Source: a virus
Strand: one strand, 5' to 3'
Virus record (IMG/VR): IMGVR_UViG_3300035687_000001
Length of the DNA stretch: 64,000 nucleotides
The notes under the pieces are model-generated. The model searched no databases. It had not been told where the DNA came from and was given only the letters and a program-made list of their open reading frames with translations. The stretch's first letter is position 1; each line of letters begins with the position of its first letter. The translations under genes were made by a program, and so were the position numbers. Of this stretch, positions 23,837 to 32,502 are shown in pieces.

Positions 23837-24267
23837 CACGCCGGGCTCCCTGCGGGCAGCTGGCGGCCGATCTCCCAGTTGTCGTAGACGGTGCCGCCGG
23901 TGCTGGTGCGCATGTACGGCAGGAAGACCTGCGGCGTGGTGACCATCTCCGTCTGGATGATCGCCATCTGCGCGCGTACCCAGTCCCGCAGGATGCGCCA
24001 GGCCACACGCTCGGCGTGCTCGAAGGTCCAGTACCGGCGGTCGACCTTCTGGGCCTTCAGCGTGGCACTCACCTTGTCGACGTGCACCGGCAGCGTGTAG
24101 TGGTACGTGTCGCCGTCGAAGACGAGCGCGAAGGTCAGCGCGGTGACGCGCCGGGCGTCGTCGTACTCGGTGGCGATGCCCCGGGCACCGGCCTTGATCA
24201 GCATCTCGGTGATCTCGTTGACGCTCTTGGTCGGCGCCACGGTCGAGGTGTAGTTCGCGATGGGCAT
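23836..24267 (-). CDS. hypothetical protein (143 aa)
   Basis: ATG 24267 (MPIANYTSTVAPTKSVNEIT); track ORF 23836..24369 trimmed. Confidence 0.7.
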   Translation of the reverse strand: MPIANYTSTVAPTKSVNEITEMLIKAGARGIATEYDDARRVTALTFALVFDGDTYHYTLPVHVDKVSATLKAQKVDRRYWTFEHAERVAWRILRDWVRAQMAIIQTEMVTTPQVFLPYMRTSTGGTVYDNWEIGRQLPAGSPA

Positions 24268-24272
24268 GATGA

Positions 24273-24557
24273 TCAGTCCTTGTCGTCTTCCCGGGCGCGA
24301 GCAATAAGTCGCTTCCGGGGGCCTTCGGTGAGGCGCTCCATCCAGAGCCTGGCCCAGTACGGGTACCACAGGGCCAGGCTGGCCGCGCCGAGGCAGAACA
24401 TGATCAGCCCCAGGATCGACCCGTCGAGGTCCACCTTCATCACGTCCCGGGCCCAGTAGGTCAGGCCGAGGTTGAGCAGCATGCAGGGGCCGACCAGTGT
24501 GGTCAGGTCGGCCAGGAAAATCAGCCCCACCAGCAGGTAGGCGTTGTTCCTCTTCAC
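24273..24557 (-). CDS. membrane protein (94 aa)
   Basis: GTG 24557 in GTGA overlap; three hydrophobic helices. Confidence 0.6.
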   Translation of the reverse strand: MKRNNAYLLVGLIFLADLTTLVGPCMLLNLGLTYWARDVMKVDLDGSILGLIMFCLGAASLALWYPYWARLWMERLTEGPRKRLIARAREDDKD

Positions 24558-24778
24558 CGGCCGGTCAGCTCCTTCCAGATGTGGTTCCAGCCCACGAAGA
24601 AGTCGAGCATGAAGGCCAGGCCTGCCATGATCGTGAAGTTCGCGGCCAGCAGCAGCGCGCCCCACCACGGGAACCAGATCAGCAAGGTCAGGGCGACCAT
24701 GATCAGGCCGAAGCCCACGCCCGCCAGAGCCCACCATCCGGGCCGGTGCTCTTCCGAGCTGCGATGCTGGCCGCTCAT
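24554..24778 (-). CDS. membrane protein (74 aa)
   Basis: ATG 24778 (alt GTG 24781); WWALAGVGFGLIMVALTLLIWFPWWGALLLAANFTIMAGLAFML. Confidence 0.6.
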   Translation of the reverse strand: MSGQHRSSEEHRPGWWALAGVGFGLIMVALTLLIWFPWWGALLLAANFTIMAGLAFMLDFFVGWNHIWKELTGR

Positions 24779-24966
24779 CACCGCAGCCTTCCGATCGCCT
24801 GGACGACGTTGCCCAGCTCGGTGCTCAGGTCGTGGAAGGCCTCGGCCTGGGCCAGGGCGATGTGCGCCTGAGCCAGCTCCATCGACTGCTCACGCTTGAG
24901 GCCGTCGGACTTCGCGGCCTCCTTCAGCGCCTCGTTGGCCGCGTTGCGGCTGGAATGGAACGTCAT
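24778..24966 (-). CDS. hypothetical helical protein (62 aa)
   Basis: ATG 24966 after GGAGAGGG; MTFHSSRNAANEALKEAAK.. Confidence 0.65.
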   Translation of the reverse strand: MTFHSSRNAANEALKEAAKSDGLKREQSMELAQAHIALAQAEAFHDLSTELGNVVQAIGRLR

Positions 24967-24968
24967 GC

Positions 24969-25217
24969 TCAACCCTCTCCGAGGCACTTCGGATAGCTGC
25001 ACATCCCGGCGCAGGCGACCTGACACACACCCTTGGCGCGGACCACGTCCAGCGAGCACTCGGTGCAACGCCAGTGTGTGCGCTTCGCCCGTCGGAACCA
25101 GCGCACGCGCTTCTCGATCGAGAAGAGGTTGTGGGCGAGCATCCCTCGCTGCATGCAGGGCTCGGTGCGCAGGCGCTCGTACTGCGCCTGGGTCATGGGG
25201 TCGTCGAAGTGGATCAC
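24969..25217 (-). CDS. hypothetical Cys-rich zinc-finger-like protein (82 aa)
   Basis: GTG 25217 in GTGA overlap; WRCTECS..CQVACAGMCSYPKC. Confidence 0.6.
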   Translation of the reverse strand: MIHFDDPMTQAQYERLRTEPCMQRGMLAHNLFSIEKRVRWFRRAKRTHWRCTECSLDVVRAKGVCQVACAGMCSYPKCLGEG

Positions 25218-25405
25218 TCGTCCACCCGCTCGACGGGGCCGATGGTGCGCTTGGCGAGCTTCCGCGCGCCGGGCAGCGACAGCCGCACCCACTCGCGCGC
25301 GTCCGCCTCGTTGCCGCAGGGCAGGAACTGTTCGTCCTCGGGGTCGTCGGCCGGGAGCACGTAGCCCCAGACCACGTGCTCCGTGGTGCTGATCATGGGC
25401 AGCAT
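25214..25405 (-). CDS. hypothetical protein (63 aa)
   Basis: ATG 25405 overlaps TAA of 25405..25611. Confidence 0.6.
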   Translation of the reverse strand: MLPMISTTEHVVWGYVLPADDPEDEQFLPCGNEADAREWVRLSLPGARKLAKRTIGPVERVDE

Positions 25406-25611
25406 TACTCGCCTTCCTGCTTGAGTTCGGCGGCGGCCGCAGCGTGATCGGCTCGGATCGCCTCGTTGCGGTGCCGGGAGGGGATGAGCACGCCCCGAGT
25501 GCCGCCGCAGCGGTGGCAGGCGTGCCGCCAGGTCAGGCTGGCGCCGGAGCGCTTCCACCCGCACTGGGCGCACACCCACGTGCCGCACACGGGGCACTCG
25601 GGGATGATCAT
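25405..25611 (-). CDS. zinc-ribbon protein (68 aa)
   Basis: Track ORF; CPVCGTWVCAQCG ... CHRCGG. Confidence 0.65.
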   Translation of the reverse strand: MIIPECPVCGTWVCAQCGWKRSGASLTWRHACHRCGGTRGVLIPSRHRNEAIRADHAAAAAELKQEGE

Positions 25612-25913
25612 CAGCGAGAGCAGCGCGGGTCGGCGAGCTTGACCAGCGTGACGGTGGAGGTCAGGCCGCCGCCGTTCTGGCCACCGGCGGTGTCCGAGCC
25701 TCGCGAGGTGACGGCGAGCGAGTCGCCTGCGGTGTTGCAGAACTCGATGACGTTGCGGAAGCCGTCCGGCAGCTGGTAGGCGCCGACGATCTTCGGGGGC
25801 TTGACGTTGGCCGGGAGCGGGTCCGGACCGGACTGCTGGGACAGACCGGCGCAGCCACTCAGGGCGAACAGCGCGACGATGGCGCTGGCGCCGATGGCGA
25901 TCTTCTTGTTCAT
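25611..25913 (-). CDS. lipoprotein (100 aa)
   Basis: Track ORF; signal peptide MNKKIAIGASAIVALFALSGC with LSGC lipobox; first gene after cassette P12. Confidence 0.8.
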   Translation of the reverse strand: MNKKIAIGASAIVALFALSGCAGLSQQSGPDPLPANVKPPKIVGAYQLPDGFRNVIEFCNTAGDSLAVTSRGSDTAGGQNGGGLTSTVTLVKLADPRCSR

Positions 25914-25921
25914 GGGGTGCT

Positions 25922-25981
25922 CCTCCGATGCGGGGCAGGTAGATATGGGTAGACCCTACCCGAGTGGGTAGGGTCGGTCAA
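25922..25981 (-). promoter_or_regulatory. promoter/operator/leader cassette P12
   Basis: Variant box cctccgatgcgg 25922-25933; extra GGTAG/GGGTAG half-sites 25939-25952; core 25956-25971; TTGACC(25976-25981)-17-TAGGGT(25953-25958). Confidence 0.6.
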
Positions 25982-25990
25982 GCGGGTCGT

Positions 25991-26287
25991 TCAGCTCTCC
26001 AGGGCCTTGCGGATCGTATGCTCCAGCAGCTCGGCCACCCGGCGCTGCTCAGCCTTGATCGAGCGCTCCGCGATAGTGCCGTAGGGGTCTGCGCTCGCCA
26101 GCGGCGCGTAGCCCAGCGCACGCAGCCCCTCGGCGAAGGTGATCACGTCCTCCAGAGCACGGAAGACCTCGCCGCCGAGCACGCCCAGGGCCCGGCGGTA
26201 CTCCGTGCCGTTGACGTTGACGACCACGAGCCGATCGGCTTGCTCGGCCAGCAGCACGCGGTTCTCGTTGATCTCCTCGGCGGCCAT
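25991..26287 (-). CDS. hypothetical protein (98 aa)
   Basis: ATG 26287 (MAAEEINENRVLL) overlaps stop of 26287..26808. Confidence 0.7.
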   Translation of the reverse strand: MAAEEINENRVLLAEQADRLVVVNVNGTEYRRALGVLGGEVFRALEDVITFAEGLRALGYAPLASADPYGTIAERSIKAEQRRVAELLEHTIRKALES

Positions 26288-26808
26288 CAGCTGAAGACCT
26301 TGAGCACGGCGGCCTCGATGCGGTCGGCGATCTGTTCCTGAGCCTGCCGCCATGCGAAGGCCTCATCAGGGCTCGTGCCCTCGACCCACCCCTTGGACTC
26401 CTCACGCAGCTCTTCGGCCACCGTGAGCGCCTCCTGGGCGGCCATGAAGGCCTTGCCCGCCGCCTCGCCGCGCCGTACGCCGACCATGGCGCCCACCGGC
26501 GCGCTGACCCAGCCGGGCTGGGTGGACAGCTCGATCTCGTGCGCCGTGCGCGCGTAGTCGCGCAGCGCCTGCCGCGCCTTGCTGATCGTGTCGGTCATGG
26601 AATCCTCCTTAGGGGCCCTCAACAGGCTTTCCAGCGAGATCAGCACAGAGAGCCGGTCCTCGTAGGGCAGCTGGACGAACTTGCGCTCGATCAGCAGCTT
26701 GATCGCTTTGGGGTGCAGCAGATCTGTCGCGGTGCTGGCCGTGGTGAAGGGGCCGTGTTCATGTCGCAGGTCTCCAAGCCCCGCCAAGAGATCCCAGATG
26801 TCGCTCAT
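26287..26808 (-). CDS. hypothetical protein (173 aa)
   Basis: Track ORF; ATG 26808 in ATGA overlap; strong internal in-frame SD AAGGAGGA before ATG 26598 could give a shorter isoform. Confidence 0.65.
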   Translation of the reverse strand: MSDIWDLLAGLGDLRHEHGPFTTASTATDLLHPKAIKLLIERKFVQLPYEDRLSVLISLESLLRAPKEDSMTDTISKARQALRDYARTAHEIELSTQPGWVSAPVGAMVGVRRGEAAGKAFMAAQEALTVAEELREESKGWVEGTSPDEAFAWRQAQEQIADRIEAAVLKVFS

Positions 26809-27053
26809 ACCAGCTCCTTCTTGATCTTCACCAGTAGCCCGCGAGCGAGGTACAGCTGCCCGGCCGTGTGTCCCTCGCCGAAGTCGGTGCCGCTCGCCTC
26901 GGCGTTGAGATTCCCGACCTCGGCGAGCCCGTCCAGCACGGCGAACAGCGCGTCCTGCTGCTGCCTGATGACCTGGCCTGGCCTCAGGCGGGCTTCCAGC
27001 GTGTCCACCAGCGCCACGACGTCGGCCAGCAGCCAGGCGTACTCGTCGCTCAT
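26805..27053 (-). CDS. hypothetical protein (82 aa)
   Basis: ATG 27053 (MSDEYAWLLADVV) in ATGA overlap. Confidence 0.65.
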   Translation of the reverse strand: MSDEYAWLLADVVALVDTLEARLRPGQVIRQQQDALFAVLDGLAEVGNLNAEASGTDFGEGHTAGQLYLARGLLVKIKKELV

Positions 27054-27319
27054 CCCAGGACCTCCGTGATCGAGTGGTGGATGAGGCTGATCAAGCGGAA
27101 GCGCGCCATGCCCTCGTCGCGGGCGGGCTCCTGGGCGGGGAAGTACTCGGCCCACTTCACGAAGCTCTCGACGGCCTCCTCCATCACGCCCAGAGCGGCG
27201 TGCAGGGCCTCGTAGGGGCTGGTACTCCCCTCGTACGGGAAGTGCTCGTCACGGAGCTGCTGGCGGGTCTCCTGGATGCCGTGGTGCAGGTCCCGCGCTT
27301 CCTTGGCGAACTCGCTCAT
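27050..27319 (-). CDS. hypothetical protein (89 aa)
   Basis: Track ORF; coupled. Confidence 0.7.
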   Translation of the reverse strand: MSEFAKEARDLHHGIQETRQQLRDEHFPYEGSTSPYEALHAALGVMEEAVESFVKWAEYFPAQEPARDEGMARFRLISLIHHSITEVLG

Positions 27320-27573
27320 GCCTCCGCCACCCGCACGATCGCTTCGAGCAGCTGCCGGGCCAGGCTCTGCTTGCCCCGGATGTAGGCGTTCTCCTCGGCG
27401 TTGACCGCGTACGCGGGGTCGAGTTCGGTGACCTGGCGCAGGATGCCGGTAACGGCCTCCAGAGCGTCCATCTGCCGGTCGACGAAGGCGTGCATCTCGC
27501 CCAGGTCCAGGGCGTCCATCAGCGACTGGGCCGAGGCGACGATCTCGTCGTGGTGCGGGCGCGGCGCGCTCAC
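27316..27573 (-). CDS. hypothetical protein (85 aa)
   Basis: Track ORF; coupled. Confidence 0.7.
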   Translation of the reverse strand: MSAPRPHHDEIVASAQSLMDALDLGEMHAFVDRQMDALEAVTGILRQVTELDPAYAVNAEENAYIRGKQSLARQLLEAIVRVAEA

Positions 27574-28361
27574 TTCACCACGACCTCGACGTAGCGCGCG
27601 AGGACGCGGCGGGTGCCGTCCGGGCCGTACTCCGGCATCGTGTCCATGAGGCGGTAGTGCGTGACCTCACCGCTCACGTCCCGCATGAAGAAGTTGGTCT
27701 CGACGATGTCGCTCTGGAGCAGCTGGTCACCGTTGGAGTCGATGTAGGTGTACTTCGGCTCGGGCTTCGGCGCGGGCTTGAGCTTGGCCAGCTGCTCCCG
27801 CAGGCTCGCCTCCTCCTGCTCGGCGATGTCCTCCAGGCTGCGGTAGTAGCTCCGGCCGGTGATGCCCTCGGCACCCGGGCCGAACTCGTAGGCCATGAAG
27901 CCCTCACGCTGGTAGCCCTTCACCGAGCCGTCGGCGGCCACGTAGTCGAAGCGCTGCGGGGTGAAGGGCTCGTCGCCCTCCCACAGCTCGTCGCCGGTCT
28001 CGCTGTCCACCAGCTCGTACCGCTGCACCTCGTGCTTGTTCTCGGGCTCGACCGGCAGGAAGCACCGGGCCACGGCCTCACGCCGGTCCTCGGGCATCTC
28101 CAGCATGGCCGCGTCCACGACCAGGTTGGCCGGGTAGTTGCGGGTCAGCTCGTGGATACTGCCACGCAGCTTCTGCGGCAGGCCGGTCTGCGAGTAGGGC
28201 TCGACGACCTCGGCCGGGTGCGGGGTCACGTTTTCGTCGAACAGGTACCGGAGCAGGCCACGGCGTTCCTCGGCGGTCAGCATGTCGATGCTCTTGAGCG
28301 CCACCGTCCTGCCGGTGAACGTGCGGTGCAGCTTCTCCAGGCTGCTCATCAATTCAGTCAC
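27570..28361 (-). CDS. hypothetical protein (263 aa)
   Basis: GTG 28361 7 nt after GGAGG of orphan box cctccaatgcgg 28369-28380 (alt ATG 28349); track ORF 27570..28430 trimmed. Confidence 0.7.
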   Translation of the reverse strand: MTELMSSLEKLHRTFTGRTVALKSIDMLTAEERRGLLRYLFDENVTPHPAEVVEPYSQTGLPQKLRGSIHELTRNYPANLVVDAAMLEMPEDRREAVARCFLPVEPENKHEVQRYELVDSETGDELWEGDEPFTPQRFDYVAADGSVKGYQREGFMAYEFGPGAEGITGRSYYRSLEDIAEQEEASLREQLAKLKPAPKPEPKYTYIDSNGDQLLQSDIVETNFFMRDVSGEVTHYRLMDTMPEYGPDGTRRVLARYVEVVVK

Positions 28362-28475
28362 TTGTGGGCCTCCAATGCGGCGGTAATGCGGGCGAAAGTC
28401 ATCTTCTTTGTAAGACTTTGTGGTGCGCAATGTAGCAAGAAGTCCCTGCGAATGCAGGACCTATCGCAAGATCGG

Positions 28476-28988
28476 TCATTTGTCATCCAGCTCGACGCCC
28501 AGGTCCACCAGGGCGTTCTGGAGCTGCTCGTGCATGTCGTTCAGCTCGATGATCGCGGCGGTGTACTCGATGTCGTTGCTCAGCCCGTCCACGACGTACT
28601 TGCGCGGCTTGACGACCAGCTCCAGGAAGGTGCTGATGGCCTGGACCGTGAGGTACTCGGCGCGCTTCTCGGGGGTGTCCTCGGCCTTGAACCACCGCAT
28701 CTCACCCCGAAGGCGCTCGGCAAGGGCCTCTGCCAGCGAAGCCTCTTCCTCGACGGGCTCAGGCAGGGTCAAGCCGGTCTGCTCCGCGAACATCACCAGC
28801 TTCCGCTCGCAGGCGTCCCGGGTGCTGGCGATGTTGGGGAAGCCCTCGAACGTCACGCCGGTCCAGTTGAAGAGGATGTCCCAGGCCTGGTTGTCAGGGC
28901 TGGGCTTGACCACGAAGGCCACGCGCGCGCCCACATTGCCCAGCCAGTGGCTGGTGTCCTGCTGAAGCTGCCACGTGATGCGTCCCAT
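28476..28988 (-). CDS. hypothetical protein (170 aa), ITW-family paralog
   Basis: ATG 28988 (MGRITWQLQQDTSHWLGNVGARVAF); tandem with related 28991..29530. Confidence 0.7.
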   Translation of the reverse strand: MGRITWQLQQDTSHWLGNVGARVAFVVKPSPDNQAWDILFNWTGVTFEGFPNIASTRDACERKLVMFAEQTGLTLPEPVEEEASLAEALAERLRGEMRWFKAEDTPEKRAEYLTVQAISTFLELVVKPRKYVVDGLSNDIEYTAAIIELNDMHEQLQNALVDLGVELDDK

Positions 28989-28990
28989 GA

Positions 28991-29530
28991 TCAGCGCTCC
29001 CTGTCCCAGCCGAGGCGACGCAGCTCGGTGAGCAGGTCGTCCAGCCGCAGGTCGAACTCGGCGAAGGCGTGGCCGCCGCCGTCGACCAGCTCGCCCGCGA
29101 TCTCGCCCAGGTACGTGCGCGCCTGCTGGGTGGTGGTGAAGGCGGCGCGGGCTCCCTCGACGCGCAGCGTGGTCCACGGCTCGTCGATGATCCCGGAGAG
29201 GGTCTTGGCCACCTCATCGGTGATCTGTTCGGCGCGCGAGGGGCCGACGGGTTCCGGCGGGGTCACCAGGCCGGTCAGGCTCAGGAAACGCTCCAGCTCG
29301 ACCTCGGCGTGTTTGCGGGCGTCGAGTTGGTTCATCGGAACCAGCCGCTCCGTTTGACCGCCCAGGAGGTGGCTCTTCAGCTGCCACTCGCACCGGTAGA
29401 CGCCGGTCAGCGTCTCGTCCAGCGTCTGAGGGACGTCGGCGATGAGAGTGAAAGCCACTACGCGACCCAGGCGAGCCTGCCAAGTGTTGTCGACCGGGCT
29501 GAGGACGCGGCGCCAGGTAAGTGTGCTCAT
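28991..29530 (-). CDS. hypothetical protein (179 aa), ITW-family paralog
   Basis: Track ORF; MSTLTWRRVLSPVDNTWQARLGRVVAF. Confidence 0.75.
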   Translation of the reverse strand: MSTLTWRRVLSPVDNTWQARLGRVVAFTLIADVPQTLDETLTGVYRCEWQLKSHLLGGQTERLVPMNQLDARKHAEVELERFLSLTGLVTPPEPVGPSRAEQITDEVAKTLSGIIDEPWTTLRVEGARAAFTTTQQARTYLGEIAGELVDGGGHAFAEFDLRLDDLLTELRRLGWDRER

Positions 29531-29533
29531 GGA

Positions 29534-29926
29534 TCAGCTCTCCTCGGGGATGAAGACCTCGCGACGAGCGCGGGCGTCGTATTCGAACTGGCCGATGATC
29601 AGCCAGCCGTTGCCGGTGAAGCGGGCGACCGGGTTGGTGCCGCCCTTGTCCATGTGCGCGACGACCTCGCCGTGCGTCCGGAGGTAGCCCACGACCTTCA
29701 GCGCCTCGGCGTGCACGCTGCCGCCCCAGACCCGCAGCGAGCGAGGGCTGGAGACGTGCGGGATGCCCGCGTGGTCGGCGATCTCCACGGCTTCGGCGGC
29801 GGTGTGCGCCACGATGTACCACGTGCCCTGGGACTGGCCCAGCCGAGCGCCCAGCAATTCGCGCGTGTCGCGCGGCAGGTAGCTGTCGCAGGACTGCTTG
29901 GCCTCGTAGATCTTGAGCTGCGGCAT
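29534..29926 (-). CDS. hypothetical protein (130 aa)
   Basis: Track ORF; first gene after cassette P13. Confidence 0.75.
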   Translation of the reverse strand: MPQLKIYEAKQSCDSYLPRDTRELLGARLGQSQGTWYIVAHTAAEAVEIADHAGIPHVSSPRSLRVWGGSVHAEALKVVGYLRTHGEVVAHMDKGGTNPVARFTGNGWLIIGQFEYDARARREVFIPEES

Positions 29927-29935
29927 GGAAACCGA

Positions 29936-29995
29936 CCTCCGGTGCGGTCTTGAACTGATACGCCCACCCTACCCGATCGGGTAGGGTGGGCGCAA
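29936..29995 (-). promoter_or_regulatory. promoter/operator/leader cassette P13
   Basis: Box 29936-29947; perfect 28-bp palindrome cccaccctacccga/tcgggtagggtggg 29963-29990; TTGCGC(29990-29995)-18-TAGGGT(29966-29971). Confidence 0.6.
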
Positions 29996-30000
29996 GGGGT

Positions 30001-30207
30001 TCAGCAGGGTTGCGTCAACGTGACGTGCTGGACGGCGACACCGTCTTCACTCAGTTCACCGTCGGTCAGCATGATATGAGCCTCGACGGCAACCAGCTTC
30101 AAGCCCTCGCGATGGAAGATGGTGCCCACAGGCACAAAGGGCATCATCCCTACCCAGTCGCGGGTGTGACGGCTGCTGATCACGCTCACGTAGGTCTTCA
30201 GCATCAT
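30001..30207 (-). CDS. hypothetical protein (68 aa), paralog of 30242..30442
   Basis: ATG 30207/30204 (MMLKTYVSVISS); shares TY(V/I)S, P..P.GT(I/V)F, AVQ(H/Y)V with neighbour. Confidence 0.6.
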   Translation of the reverse strand: MMLKTYVSVISSRHTRDWVGMMPFVPVGTIFHREGLKLVAVEAHIMLTDGELSEDGVAVQHVTLTQPC

Positions 30208-30241
30208 CGCTCTCTTCGAAGAAGTGCACGGCGTAAGTGGT

Positions 30242-30442
30242 TCAGCTACGCGGGAAGGCGCTGACGTACTGCACGGCCTCCGCGTCGAAGTCGGGCGCGT
30301 CATCCAGGTCGACGAACGAGCTGGTGACCACGTAGAAGTGGCCGCCGGTCCGGAAGACCGTGCCCTCGGGGAGCAGCGGGTACAGGTCGTGGCGCTCGTC
30401 GCCGCCGCCGGGGGTCTCGATGCTGATGTAGGTGTCGAACAC
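30242..30442 (-). CDS. hypothetical protein (66 aa)
   Basis: Track ORF. Confidence 0.65.
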   Translation of the reverse strand: MFDTYISIETPGGGDERHDLYPLLPEGTVFRTGGHFYVVTSSFVDLDDAPDFDAEAVQYVSAFPRS

Positions 30443-30452
30443 GATGCTCTCC

Positions 30453-30686
30453 TCAGGCCTGGATGCGCAGGTGGCGGTTGGCGGCGTCGTGGGCCGGGCC
30501 CACGGGGATCTCGTGGATGGCCTCCATGTCGTAGTGGTCGCCCGCCTCGATCACGCGCGCCACCACGATGACGGCGCCCGGCTCGGGGACCACCTCGTCG
30601 ATCATGAGCCGCGCGTGCAGCTCGATGTCGACGAGGGTGAGCCCCACCAGGTCGGCGGTGGCGTTCTCGGCGGTGAGCATCTGCAT
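30453..30686 (-). CDS. hypothetical protein (77 aa)
   Basis: Track ORF; first gene after cassette P14. Confidence 0.7.
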   Translation of the reverse strand: MQMLTAENATADLVGLTLVDIELHARLMIDEVVPEPGAVIVVARVIEAGDHYDMEAIHEIPVGPAHDAANRHLRIQA

Positions 30687-30691
30687 GGTGG

Positions 30692-30751
30692 CCTCCGGTG
30701 CGGCTCGGTTGGTGATACCTGAACCCTACCCGTTCGGGTAGTGTGCGTCAA
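30692..30751 (-). promoter_or_regulatory. promoter/operator/leader cassette P14
   Basis: Box 30692-30703; core 30726-30741; TTGACG(30746-30751)-17-TAGGGT(30723-30728); overlaps last codons of 30726..31199. Confidence 0.6.
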
Positions 30752-31199
30752 GCCATGCAGCGGAAACGGGCGACAACATGAGCTGCTGGAAACAGCCGAT
30801 CGGCGGCTTCCTCACACCGTCGAAGATCACCTTGGACTTGAGCGCGAGGCTGTCGTCCTGGCGCCAGCGCCACAGCATGGTGCGCACCGCCGAGGGCAGC
30901 GCACGCCACTCGCTGGTGCCCATCCGCTCGTAGAAGCGCCACGACCACGCGTTGTGCTCCAGCAGCGTGCCCTTGCGCATCTCCAGCAGCACCTCCAGCT
31001 CAAGCTCATCGGGCGCCTGGGCGATGCGGCGGGAGGCGGCCGCACGGAAGCTCTCGTTGGCCTCCTGGGCCACCTGAGAGGCCGTGGCAGCGTCCAGACC
31101 CTTGACGACCCAGTGGCCGGTCCACAGGTCGGTGACGGCCATCTCCTGCGGCGTGCGGTGGCCGCGCAGGACGTCGAGGAAACGGTCTTCGATGATCAC
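30726..31199 (-). CDS. hypothetical protein (157 aa)
   Basis: Track ORF; ATGA-coupled; C-terminal HYPNG is encoded by the cassette palindrome. Confidence 0.75.
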   Translation of the reverse strand: MIIEDRFLDVLRGHRTPQEMAVTDLWTGHWVVKGLDAATASQVAQEANESFRAAASRRIAQAPDELELEVLLEMRKGTLLEHNAWSWRFYERMGTSEWRALPSAVRTMLWRWRQDDSLALKSKVIFDGVRKPPIGCFQQLMLSPVSAAWLDAHYPNG

Positions 31200-31750
31200 T
31201 TGTCCAGCTCCGCCAGCAGGGCCTCGCCGAGGTCGGTCAGGATGACCTGGTGGTAGGCGACCGTCGTGGCGTTGACCTTCGCCGGGCGGATGTCGTAGGC
31301 CAGGGCCTTGAGGTTGCGCAGGCGGCGCAGGGCCTGGCGGCGCTCCTCCGGGATCCCGATGGGCAGGCGCCCGATGACCTCGCAGAAGTTCCGGTCCAGC
31401 AGGCTGTCCTCGTCGGCGCGGTGCACCACGGTGGTGGCCGTGACCGAACGCAGCGCGAAGGCGAAGGCCCGGCGGTTGTCCGCGCTGATGCGGCCCAGGA
31501 TCTCGGTGGCGCGCGCCTTCAGCTCGATCGCGTCCACGACCTCGTCGGCGTCCACGCTGTGCTCGGCGAGCAGCTCGCGGGCGGTGAGCGAGACGACCTT
31601 CACGTACTTGAGCACCTCGGCGTGGCCCGACCCGAGGGCGGCGACCATCTCCTCCAGCTTGTTGCGCTGGACGCGGTAGAGGTTGATCAGGTCCTGCGCG
31701 TCCTCGGTCAGCTCGGCGGTCTCGGTGATCTCGTCGAAGTCGTTCAGCAT
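31196..31750 (-). CDS. hypothetical protein (184 aa)
   Basis: Track ORF; first gene after cassette P15. Confidence 0.75.
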   Translation of the reverse strand: MLNDFDEITETAELTEDAQDLINLYRVQRNKLEEMVAALGSGHAEVLKYVKVVSLTARELLAEHSVDADEVVDAIELKARATEILGRISADNRRAFAFALRSVTATTVVHRADEDSLLDRNFCEVIGRLPIGIPEERRQALRRLRNLKALAYDIRPAKVNATTVAYHQVILTDLGEALLAELDK

Positions 31751-31755
31751 CGTGG

Positions 31756-31815
31756 CCTCCGGTGCGGCGTTCAGCGGGTATGACCGACCCTACCCGAATG
31801 GGTAGGGTCGGTCAA
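31756..31815 (-). promoter_or_regulatory. promoter/operator/leader cassette P15
   Basis: Box 31756-31767; 26-bp palindrome 31785-31810; TTGACC(31810-31815)-17-TAGGGT(31787-31792). Confidence 0.65.
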
Positions 31816-31823
31816 GGGGTGAA

Positions 31824-32207
31824 TCAGGAGAGGTGGACGATGACCGCGTGAGCGTCATCGCCCGTCCACTCGACCTCGAAGCCCTCGCCCCGGAATACCT
31901 CGGTGAGCGTCTGGGCGGCCACCAGGTCCGGCCCACCGTGGCCGAAGAAGATCTCGTACGCCTCGCCCTCAGCGCGACCATTGCGGTAGAGGGGCTGACC
32001 GTTGCGCCACACCAGCTGCTGTCCCTGACCGCCGAAGTGCCAGGCGTGGGGCTGCTCCGTACGAGCCTCGGCGCTCGGCAGACCCAGGTCGGAGAAGGTG
32101 GTGCAGCTCCGGCAACACGTCATGACGTTCAGCGCGAGGTGCACACCTCGCGCCCGGACGCCGTTCACGGCGGCCTCGAAGCGGACCTGGGCGTTAGTGA
32201 GAGACAT
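31824..32207 (-). CDS. hypothetical protein (127 aa)
   Basis: Track ORF. Confidence 0.7.
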   Translation of the reverse strand: MSLTNAQVRFEAAVNGVRARGVHLALNVMTCCRSCTTFSDLGLPSAEARTEQPHAWHFGGQGQQLVWRNGQPLYRNGRAEGEAYEIFFGHGGPDLVAAQTLTEVFRGEGFEVEWTGDDAHAVIVHLS

Positions 32208-32209
32208 GA

Positions 32210-32464
32210 TCAGGCGTCCTTTCCATCTTCGCTGAGCAGACCGGCCAGATTCAGGACCTTGACCACGCGACGCTCGGCTTCGGCCTTGGCCGCCTCCAGG
32301 TCCGCGAAGGTGAAGTGCCGGTCGCGGTCCTTACCGCCCAGGGTGACCTCGACGGTGAACTGCTCGGTCTGCCCCGAGACGAAGGCGCAGGTGAGCTGTC
32401 CGAGGTTGCCGACGTGCTGCGTGCCGCTGAACGAGTGCTTCGTGGTCCAGGTGAGCCGAGACAT
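32210..32464 (-). CDS. hypothetical protein (84 aa), ITW-family paralog
   Basis: ATG 32464 after orphan box cctccagtgtgg 32473-32484; MSRLTWTTKHSFSGTQHVGNLGQLTCAF. Confidence 0.7.
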   Translation of the reverse strand: MSRLTWTTKHSFSGTQHVGNLGQLTCAFVSGQTEQFTVEVTLGGKDRDRHFTFADLEAAKAEAERRVVKVLNLAGLLSEDGKDA

Positions 32465-32502
32465 GATCTTGACCTCCAGTGTGGTCGAGAAGCGGAGAAG
32501 GT

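Noticed and set aside
26287-26808. Splitting the 173-aa ORF into two genes at the strong internal SD/ATG 26598
   Set aside because: No in-frame stop separates the halves, and ATG 26808 is ATGA-coupled to the upstream gene. It is kept as one CDS, with a possible internal start noted.
27657-29357. Longest plus-strand ORF in the track (566 aa), plus similar long ORFs at 60943..62976 (+), 40860..42074 (+), 54882..56276 (+), 36152..37528 (+) and 33568..34866 (+)
   Set aside because: They are rich in R/G/A/L/V/H and low in complexity. They lie antisense to well-formed minus-strand CDS that have SD sites and ATGA/GTGA coupling. This is the usual shadow-ORF artefact of high-GC DNA.
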